Notes under the pieces: model-generated | Told to the model about the DNA's origin: nothing | The model's database searches: none | What the model saw: the letters and a program-made list of their open reading frames with translations, nothing else | Part shown: piece after piece, positions 57,033-64,000 of the stretch | Numbering within the stretch: the stretch's first letter is position 1 | How the letters are laid out: every line of letters starts with the position of its first letter | Program-made: the position numbers and the translations under genes | Source of the DNA: Candidatus Melainabacteria bacterium 17Bon1m | Lineage (GTDB): Bacteria > Cyanobacteriota > Vampirovibrionia > Obscuribacterales > Obscuribacteraceae | NCBI GenBank assembly: GCA_032128875.1 | Contig: JAVLKG010000001.1 | Span: 352,001-416,000 of the forward strand | Reading direction: 5' to 3' | DNA: 64,000 nt

Positions 57033-58507
57033 AACTCGAGCGCGACAATGTCAAACTTGACGAGCGGATCGATACGCTCCGCCCGCTCTTGCACCAGAGT
57101 GGCAATCGCCTTGGATTGATATCGTCAATCGACGGTAAACAACTGATTTCACTTTTGCTCAATACCTCAGAGAACAGAGCCGTTTGCTGGGAAAGTCCTT
57201 TGCAAACGAATCGCTATCATTCATTAGCTCCCGTAATTTCGCAGGCTCATTGGTTCGAGCGAACTTTGTGGGATATGTTTGGACTCGAGCCGGAAAATCA
57301 TCCGCGCTTGAAGCACAACCTGCTGCACGAAGCTTATTCAACCGATCTCATTCCCTTGTTGGCTGAAGAATCGGTGTCGTCAAATGGCAAGCCGCGAGAA
57401 TACTTGCCGATGGCGGTGAAGGGCGATGGAATTTACGAGATTCCGGTCGGACCAATCCATGCTGGGATTATCGAGCCCGGGCACTTTCGCTTTAGTTGTT
57501 TGGGCGAAGTGATTTTCAATCTGGAAATCAGGCTTGGATATGTGCACCGCGGCGTCGAGAAGAGAATGTGCGAGCTGCCGTGGCGCAAGATGCGATTTCT
57601 GGCAGAAGCTGCCGCGAGCGACAGCGCCGCCGCTTATGCTCTTGCGCATTCGATAGCGGTGGAAAGTTGTTTTGATGTTGCAGTCTCTTACAAAGCTGAT
57701 TTTCTGCGAACGATATCACTCGAGATTGAAAGAATTGCCATGCATATCAATGATCTTGGCGGGCTGGCAGGAGACATTGGATTTCTCGCCATATCTTCAA
57801 CGATGGGCAGACTCAGAGGCACTGCTCTTTCCATGGCAGAGCAGTTGACCGGAAGCCGACTCCAAAGAGGCTTTATCTGCCCTGGAGGTGTGGTCTTTGA
57901 TCCGAGCGATAAATTGAAGAGTATCAAAGCTACGGCGAATTGGTTGAGAAAGGAGCTAAAACCAGTCATCTCATTTTTTATGTCTAATGAAGTTGTTCGC
58001 GATCGTATGGAAAATGTCGGAAAGGTATCGCCTCGTCTTGCCGCTGATTTCGGACTCGTTGGCCCTGCAGGCAGAGCCAGCGATCAGAAGTATGATGCGC
58101 GCCATCATTTTGTGCACGGAGTATATCCGAGGGTTCGTGTGCCGATTGCGATGGAAATTGGTGGTGATGTTCTCAGTCGTGCAAAGGTGCGTATTGCCGA
58201 ACTCGAATCGAGCCTCTTTCTCGTAGAACAACTGATTGATGGTCTTCCTGAAGGCGACGTTTGCACTAAATTGCCTGATGCACTGCCGAACAACGCATCT
58301 GGAATCGGAATAGTCGAATCTCACAGAGGTGAGCTGATTCATTTGATCTTCACCGATTCACAAGGGCAGTGCTGCCGCTATGCCATTAAAGATGCAAGTG
58401 TCAATAATTGGACTGGCTTGGCAATCGCAGTGCGAAACAATCTTGTCTCTGACTTTCCGCTGTGCAACAAAAGCTTCGGCTTGTCGTACAGCGGTCATGA
58501 CCTGTGA
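57029..58507 (+). CDS. hydrogenase-4 large-subunit homolog (NuoC+NuoD-like) lacking NiFe ligands (Ehr large subunit)
   Basis: VGPIHAGIIEPGHFRF, LGYVHRGVEK; L1 position reads AEAAASDS and C-terminus KSFGLSYSGHDL, with no CxxC motifs. Confidence 0.92.
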   Translation: MKLERDNVKLDERIDTLRPLLHQSGNRLGLISSIDGKQLISLLLNTSENRAVCWESPLQTNRYHSLAPVISQAHWFERTLWDMFGLEPENHPRLKHNLLHEAYSTDLIPLLAEESVSSNGKPREYLPMAVKGDGIYEIPVGPIHAGIIEPGHFRFSCLGEVIFNLEIRLGYVHRGVEKRMCELPWRKMRFLAEAAASDSAAAYALAHSIAVESCFDVAVSYKADFLRTISLEIERIAMHINDLGGLAGDIGFLAISSTMGRLRGTALSMAEQLTGSRLQRGFICPGGVVFDPSDKLKSIKATANWLRKELKPVISFFMSNEVVRDRMENVGKVSPRLAADFGLVGPAGRASDQKYDARHHFVHGVYPRVRVPIAMEIGGDVLSRAKVRIAELESSLFLVEQLIDGLPEGDVCTKLPDALPNNASGIGIVESHRGELIHLIFTDSQGQCCRYAIKDASVNNWTGLAIAVRNNLVSDFPLCNKSFGLSYSGHDL

Positions 58508-58516
58508 GGTGTCTGC

Positions 58517-59287
58517 ATGCTGAGACTTTTGGGTTTTCTTTTAAATCAAAGCGTAGTCACATCAAAGGACTACTGCTCGCCATCTGTAGATTCTCTTGGA
58601 TTGCCTTCTTTAGGTAATCAAACTTGCATCGGCACGAGTTGCACACAATGCAGCGCTGTCTGTCCAACCGACGCGATTGCAGTGGCTGACTGCTCTAACG
58701 GCGGCAACGTCTCCCTTGACCTCGGCGCTTGCATCGGCTGCGGTGAATGCATAAGAGCGTGTCCGGAAGGGACTTTGGTGGCAAACAAAAATCCGTCGGT
58801 GGCGCGATTTAAGCGGGAAGACTTGATTATCTCAAATGTTGAAAAACGGCAAACGCAAGAAGCATCAATTGAGCCGAGTATATTCGCCAGGTCTATAGCG
58901 TGCCGTGTTGTGTCTACCGGATGCAGCGCCTGCGATCTTGAAGTTGCCGCCTGCGGAAACTCGATCTTCGATATGGAGCGATACGGCATAAATGTTGTCG
59001 CTTCTCCTCGCTTTGCCGATGTTCTTCTTGTCACTGGTCCAGTCCCTAAGGCTATGCACGAAGCTCTCAAATCCTGCTATGAGCAGATGGCGGAACCAAG
59101 ACGTGTAATTGCTGTAGGCACATGTGCAATTTCCGGAGGATTGCATAAAGGTGGCTATGCAGAAGCAAATGGAGTGGAAAGTTTATTGCCCGTCGATCTG
59201 TTTATTCCTGGATGTCCGCCGCATCCCTGGAGCATCATCGACGGTATTAGAAAAGTGATGAGCGGTTCTGTCGAGCGGGGTGCTTAA
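58517..59287 (+). CDS. 2x[4Fe-4S] ferredoxin fused to NuoB-like small subunit (HyfH+HyfI-like)
   Basis: CTQCSAVCP, CIGCGECIRACP; GCSACDLE, ASPRFAD, GTCA, PGCPP. Confidence 0.92.
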   Translation: MLRLLGFLLNQSVVTSKDYCSPSVDSLGLPSLGNQTCIGTSCTQCSAVCPTDAIAVADCSNGGNVSLDLGACIGCGECIRACPEGTLVANKNPSVARFKREDLIISNVEKRQTQEASIEPSIFARSIACRVVSTGCSACDLEVAACGNSIFDMERYGINVVASPRFADVLLVTGPVPKAMHEALKSCYEQMAEPRRVIAVGTCAISGGLHKGGYAEANGVESLLPVDLFIPGCPPHPWSIIDGIRKVMSGSVERGA

Positions 59288-59818
59288 ATGAGTGCAAGAG
59301 AATACCTTGTCGAAGAAAGCCTGCGTGACGGGCGAGTTGTAACGGTGCAACGAGTCAAGCCTGATGAACCTGATACGCGTGAGCAAGACTCTTATTCTCT
59401 AAGTCGAAGTGCTTTGTTTCATAAGTTCTTGATGCCCGATCGCGAACTGGACGAACGGGAACTGATCGCCTTTACCGATAGTAATTTATTCCAGCAGACA
59501 GCGCTCTTCTTGTGCGTTGAGTCGGATGGAAAGCCCGTACCTGTTGGATGCGGGCAATACGTGAGAAACAATCGGCCTGATACTTCAAGTAGTGCGGAAT
59601 TGACAATTGGAGTTAGTGCTGATTATCCACGGACCGAACTTAAAGCGATCTTGCTTCGGCACCTGATCAAACTTGCTAAATCTGAAGGCGTGACAGCTTT
59701 CACCACCGCTTATCCAGCGAATTCGATTGTACTATTTGATGCCCTTCGCGAGATTGACCAAAGCGTCATCTCGGTCTATGCAGCAGGAGCCTTTAGTTTG
59801 CTCCTGCCGATTTCATAG
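59288..59818 (+). CDS. degenerate GNAT-fold protein
   Basis: LRDGRVVTVQRV..LS..F, VGCGQYVR, AELTIGV; acetyl-CoA-binding GxG motif missing. Confidence 0.7.
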   Translation: MSAREYLVEESLRDGRVVTVQRVKPDEPDTREQDSYSLSRSALFHKFLMPDRELDERELIAFTDSNLFQQTALFLCVESDGKPVPVGCGQYVRNNRPDTSSSAELTIGVSADYPRTELKAILLRHLIKLAKSEGVTAFTTAYPANSIVLFDALREIDQSVISVYAAGAFSLLLPIS

Positions 59819-59823
59819 AGCTG

Positions 59824-60285
59824 CTACCCACTCACGTGCTCGCTAACCTGGTGGCATTGCGCTGCTTTTTCGCAGAGTGGAACTGAAGATGTTGGCTGTG
59901 CCAGGATGTCTTCGATGTTTGTTTCCGCAAAGCTCTTTTCGATAATCGCAGTTGCATCGTCAATTTTCTTGTGCAACGCACACAGGTTCGAGCCATGAGT
60001 TTCCAATCCTAGAGGGCAGGACCTTATTCGTTCAATCGGATCTACAGCCTGCAAAATTTCCAATGCAGTGATTTCTTTTGGTTGTTTGGCAAGGGCAAAT
60101 CCGCCACCACAACCTCTTTGGGATTGTACGAGGTTTGCCCTTACCAGCGCCTGCATTACCTTTGACAGGTACGCAGGCGGAACCTTTGTAGCTGCCGCAA
60201 TTTGTTTTGTTGTAAACGCAGTGGTTCTATTCATTGCTAAAAATACAATCGCACGAAGTGCGTATTCTGCGGTATGGGAAATCAC
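59824..60285 (-). CDS. Rrf2 family regulator
   Basis: TAEYALRA, YLSKV, SQRGCGGGF, SCPLG..LCALH. Confidence 0.93.
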   Translation of the reverse strand: MISHTAEYALRAIVFLAMNRTTAFTTKQIAAATKVPPAYLSKVMQALVRANLVQSQRGCGGGFALAKQPKEITALEILQAVDPIERIRSCPLGLETHGSNLCALHKKIDDATAIIEKSFAETNIEDILAQPTSSVPLCEKAAQCHQVSEHVSG

Positions 60286-60298
60286 GGCTCTTTATCCT

Positions 60299-61285
60299 TT
60301 ATAAGACTGCTTGTGTCTGCTTTGCATTGCTACCAGCTGAATTGAATAGCTCAAGTGCTCTCGGGAAAAGAATGTTGTTTTCCTTGTGCACGTGTTGATG
60401 CATTTCCGATTCGAGCTGAGCAAGCGAGCACAAAAGCAGTTTGTATGTGCTGCATGCATCTGCCGGAGCAGTGAACGAATTGGTTAGATGACGCATTCGA
60501 CTCAGCTCAGCGCCTGCGTCGTCATGCTCTTTCGTCATCATGGCGATTGGATGTTCAAGTCCGTTACCGCAGCCGGCATATTTCGCCTGCTTCGACTCGA
60601 TAGCGCAAATGCTGGGAAACAAAATCAATTCTTCCTTCTGCATATGCATCTCTTGCTCTTCTTTGAAGCGAGCAAACAGTTCCTGGATCTCGATCATCTC
60701 AGGATGCCTTCGTCCATGAACTCTGGCTACTTTCTCTGTAAGCGCTTGAATACGGCTCAATTCCAATCGCATTGGATTGTGATAACCAGAGACAAGATGC
60801 TCAGTTAAATCCTTCAGGCTCGAGCGCTTCCAATCTTGCTCGCCATTTATATTTGTTTGTGTTTGCGATGCGACCTTCAAATCGCTCAAAACCTCGTCGA
60901 CGTTTACGCCTCGTCTTTTGCAGGCTTCCGCCAAGGTTGCTTTGCCTCCGCAACAAAAATCAATTCCGTATTGCTCTAGAGTGCACGCACAAGCAGGAAA
61001 CTCCGCGACGATTTCGCCGACCATAGATTCGCTGGTAATGCGAAAATTCGCTGCGTTTACTTCTGCCTTTGTCTTTGCGTGCGGGACGCAAGTTTGCTCG
61101 TAGACAGCGAGACTTACGCAAGAGCATGGCTGAAACATATCTTTTTGAGAACCGCATTCCGGGCAATTCCACTCGTCTGGCAAGTCTTCGAATTTGACTG
61201 AGGGAGCAAGATTTTGCCTTGGTTCGCCTATTGTTTCGTCATAAATGTAATTGCATACTGTGCAAATTGTTTTAGCTTTAGACAT
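60299..61285 (-). CDS. ric: rubredoxin fused to RIC (YtfE/ScdA-type iron-centre repair di-iron protein)
   Basis: CTVCNYIYD..WNCPECG; GIDFCCGG; HMQKEELILFP, EHD, HVHKENNILFP; GGAGG SD before MSKAK. Confidence 0.92.
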   Translation of the reverse strand: MSKAKTICTVCNYIYDETIGEPRQNLAPSVKFEDLPDEWNCPECGSQKDMFQPCSCVSLAVYEQTCVPHAKTKAEVNAANFRITSESMVGEIVAEFPACACTLEQYGIDFCCGGKATLAEACKRRGVNVDEVLSDLKVASQTQTNINGEQDWKRSSLKDLTEHLVSGYHNPMRLELSRIQALTEKVARVHGRRHPEMIEIQELFARFKEEQEMHMQKEELILFPSICAIESKQAKYAGCGNGLEHPIAMMTKEHDDAGAELSRMRHLTNSFTAPADACSTYKLLLCSLAQLESEMHQHVHKENNILFPRALELFNSAGSNAKQTQAVL

Positions 61286-61311
61286 GATGACCTCCACCGC
61301 TTCTTCACTTT

Positions 61312-61327
61312 TGGACCTCTGTGTCCA
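61312..61327. promoter_or_regulatory. putative Rrf2 operator
   Basis: TGGAC-ctctgt-GTCCA palindrome ~30 nt upstream of ric. Confidence 0.5.
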
Positions 61328-61473
61328 GATTAGCTCTTTGCGGCAAGTCTTCTATCGTTCTCAGGTATGATTTCGCAGCAATGCCCATTGAGCGAATTAA
61401 GCATGGAAGAAAATGGGCACATCCTCGCTTTTGCTCAAGCGGCGTGAAAGTAGTTTTTTACCAGAGAGCAAAA

Positions 61474-62292
61474 CTATTTCGCTTCTTTGGGCAAGGTCAG
61501 CAAGTATGAGCGAATATCATCGGCTTCTTTGTCTGAAAGACCGGTTGCTTGTTTTTTCATGACTGGGGAAGAAACCACCCCTTTCAATATTTTTTGTATG
61601 TCATTTTCACTTAATCGCGAACCTAAGCCGGCAAGGTCTGGTCCAAAGCGATCTTTCGTCCCATCAAGCGAGTGGCAGGCCGCGCAACCCAAACCGAAAA
61701 ATAACTCTTTGCCTCTTTGCGATGCTGCACTTGGTGCGCTCGCTTTCCAATCTTTTGAAAGTACATGCTGAACCTTCTCGACTTTGTGGTGAGATACGGA
61801 AAAACCACCTTTAGGTTCGGCAAGCGTCAGAAGATAGTCGGCTATCTGTTCTGCCTGAGCGTTGGTCAGCCCGGGGTGGGGCATGATGTTGCTTCTTTCT
61901 TTTAGGATTGTTGGAAAGGATTTGTAAACTCTATCGGGATCACTGAGATGAGCTACCAGCCACGTCCTGCCTCTGTAGGCTCCGATTCCGTCCAAAGGTG
62001 GTCCTAATTCACCTCCAATTCCTGCCACCGCATGGCACTGCATGCAATCAAGCTGCTTGTATATAAGCAAACCGTTACGACTGCTGCTATTTGCTTTTTT
62101 GGGTTTGTATCCTGTTGCCGGAAAGTTGTAGCGCTTGATAGTGCCGGCGCACTGATCATCTTCACTTTGAGCGTCACTTATCGGTTTTATCGCGTTAGGA
62201 AAACCGGGCAGTGCATGAGCGTGGTCATTGCATAGAGTTGCGATTGCGATTGCAACCAAAGAGGTCAAAATTCGCACAAATGGCTGCTTCAT
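61474..62292 (-). CDS. exported di-heme c-type cytochrome
   Basis: Signal peptide (AHA); CMQCH and CAACH, each followed by GPxL and a distal Met; start at MKQPF. Confidence 0.88.
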   Translation of the reverse strand: MKQPFVRILTSLVAIAIATLCNDHAHALPGFPNAIKPISDAQSEDDQCAGTIKRYNFPATGYKPKKANSSSRNGLLIYKQLDCMQCHAVAGIGGELGPPLDGIGAYRGRTWLVAHLSDPDRVYKSFPTILKERSNIMPHPGLTNAQAEQIADYLLTLAEPKGGFSVSHHKVEKVQHVLSKDWKASAPSAASQRGKELFFGLGCAACHSLDGTKDRFGPDLAGLGSRLSENDIQKILKGVVSSPVMKKQATGLSDKEADDIRSYLLTLPKEAK

Positions 62293-62312
62293 TACTTCCC
62301 TCGCTTGCTCGA

Positions 62313-64000
62313 TCAGTTTGTAGACTGAGTTTCCGTCCCAACAGCTTTGCGCAAATGCAGCGCTCCACGCAGGACAAGAAGAACCAGGGGCAGAATTCCG
62401 CCCACCACAAATGTCATATCTCCGATTACACGCAACCAAGTAAACATCTGGAACTGGCTGGAATGAATGAAGTCATAGCTGCGGGCAAACCAGAAGCCGT
62501 TTGTGTAACTTGCAAGCATTTGAATGACGCCTGCCGGAAAGATGTTCAGCAAGAGCATCAGCATCAAGCCAATATTCAAGCTCCAAAAGGAAATCGCGCA
62601 GAGTTTGTTGCTCCATGCGTCTTCCGTCATTAGATAGCGCGTGCAGAAAAGTACGGCGGCGACTGCGAGCATGCCGTAAACACCCATGAGTGCTGCGTGC
62701 CCGTGATTGGATGTCAGATATGTTGCGTGCTCATAATAACTGACAATCGGTGTATTAATGAGGAAGCCGAAGACACCGGCACCCAGGAAATTCCAGAATC
62801 CAACGGCAATGAGAAACATCATCGCCCAATAGTGCGAGAAGTTTTTGATAGATCCCTCGACCTTTGCAAGATGCACAAATTTCCATGCTTCCATGGTCAG
62901 CAATGTGAGCGGAACCACCTCAAGGGCAGAGAACATCGAGCCGAGCGCCATGTTGATCGCCGGTTGGGCGGTCCAGTAGTAGTGGTGCCCGATCCCGATG
63001 ATTCCACTGCCTAGATAGAGAATGATGTCGACATAAATTACTGACAGCGCAGATCGTTCGGACACCATACCAAGGCTGCAGAAGAAGTACGCAACGATGA
63101 TTGTCGTGTACAACTCGAAAATACCTTCTACCCAGAGGTGTACGACCCACCAGCGCCAGAAATCTGCAACCGCGAAATTGGTACCCGGGTGATACATGAG
63201 CCCAAAGGAGAAGAAAAGCGGGATTGCCATAACGCCGTACAAAAGCATATACGGCAGACTGCCCTTGTCTTTTCCTTTGAGCAGAGGGCTGATGCTGCGG
63301 AAAACAATCACAGCCCAAAGCACCATGCCGATTGTGAGCAGTATTTGCCAGAATCTTCCTAGTTCTAAATACTCCCATCCCTGGTGCCCAAACCAAAACC
63401 ATAAATTGCCGAGCATGTTTTTGATGCCCATCCACTCACCACCGATACTGCCGACGGCAACAATCAGAATGGCGATAAAAAGTACTTTTACGAGCCAGTG
63501 TTGACCTGCTGGTTCATTTTTTGATAGCAGTGGTGCCATAAACATACCTGCCGCCAGCCAAGCGGTTGCAATCCAAAAAATGGAGAGTTGCAAGTGCCAG
63601 CTGCGCGTGATGCTGTAAGGCAAAAGGTCTCGAATATCAAATCCATATAGTCCGCCCGCTTCGACGATATAGTGAGCGGTGACAACTCCAAATGCCGTTT
63701 GAAAGAGAAAGAGCAGAACAACGACGATGAAGTATGGATAAATTGAAGTTTGAGAGCGAAACGGCTTAAACGATTTCACGTTATCTATAAGCGTGGTACC
63801 GTCTGGAGCCCAGCCTAGATTGGGAAACGCACTCATAAGAAATTGAGTCAAACCTATGCCGCCGACCAGCATGATCAAACTCATTGCACTCCAGAGAAAA
63901 ATTTGCCAATTTGGTGCGTTGCCAACAAGTTCTTCCGGCGGCCAATTATTCGTGAAGGTGAAGTCTTTTCCCGGACGATTGGTAGAGCATGCCCAAGCTG
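62313..64000 (-). CDS. norB: quinol-dependent nitric oxide reductase qNor (5' end beyond window)
   Basis: Frame open to edge (AWACSTNRPG..FTNNWP); RSWHLQ, GWEYLELGRFWQ, WRWWVVHLWVEGIFE, GHHYYW, HGHAALMGVYG. Confidence 0.96.
   Translation of the reverse strand, partial: AWACSTNRPGKDFTFTNNWPPEELVGNAPNWQIFLWSAMSLIMLVGGIGLTQFLMSAFPNLGWAPDGTTLIDNVKSFKPFRSQTSIYPYFIVVVLLFLFQTAFGVVTAHYIVEAGGLYGFDIRDLLPYSITRSWHLQLSIFWIATAWLAAGMFMAPLLSKNEPAGQHWLVKVLFIAILIVAVGSIGGEWMGIKNMLGNLWFWFGHQGWEYLELGRFWQILLTIGMVLWAVIVFRSISPLLKGKDKGSLPYMLLYGVMAIPLFFSFGLMYHPGTNFAVADFWRWWVVHLWVEGIFELYTTIIVAYFFCSLGMVSERSALSVIYVDIILYLGSGIIGIGHHYYWTAQPAINMALGSMFSALEVVPLTLLTMEAWKFVHLAKVEGSIKNFSHYWAMMFLIAVGFWNFLGAGVFGFLINTPIVSYYEHATYLTSNHGHAALMGVYGMLAVAAVLFCTRYLMTEDAWSNKLCAISFWSLNIGLMLMLLLNIFPAGVIQMLASYTNGFWFARSYDFIHSSQFQMFTWLRVIGDMTFVVGGILPLVLLVLRGALHLRKAVGTETQSTN

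Noticed and set aside
57029-58507. functional [NiFe] group 4 hydrogenase or formate hydrogenlyase
   Set aside because: Both Ni-binding CxxC motifs are missing; no maturases or formate dehydrogenase in the window
62313-64000. NO dismutase (Nod) or cytochrome c oxidase
   Set aside because: Canonical qNor ligands (HLWVEG..E, HH, HGH) are intact and there is no His-Tyr crosslink motif

Overview
Bacterial chromosomal window with no recognisable prophage, transposase, rRNA or CRISPR array. The many Hanks-type Ser/Thr kinases (several with TM plus LRR-like tails), calpain-like proteases, WG-repeat and DUF4388/DUF4384 proteins and an orphan cpaB resemble non-photosynthetic Cyanobacteriota (Vampirovibrionia/Obscuribacterales); that assignment is inference from gene style only. 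In order: an atypical Zn-ribbon kinase (partial), SulP, tRNA-Arg and tRNA-Lys, a split trypsin-like/DUF4388/DUF4384 protein with a DUF4384 partner, unannotated small membrane ORFs, a PLP enzyme and hydrolase, a TA pair, SWIM-SNF2, cpaB, an operon of an active and a dead calpain-like protease with two receptor-like kinases, a PAS histidine kinase and OmpR regulator flanking a 10x FNPLDP repeat protein, a further protease and orphan protein, two more kinases, TetR plus a YbhGFSR-type exporter, an ArsR and two atypical beta-carbonic anhydrases divergent from a Ni-free hydrogenase-4-like (Ehr) operon, and an NO-detox cluster (qNor, di-heme cytochrome c, rubredoxin-RIC fusion, Rrf2). Best candidates for undescribed systems: (1) the Ehr plus beta-CA module; (2) the two-component-flanked repeat protein/protease/orphan cluster with a shared promoter layout and leader motif; (3) the protease/pseudoprotease/LRR-kinase operon. 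All domain calls come from reading motifs by eye; no database searches were run.
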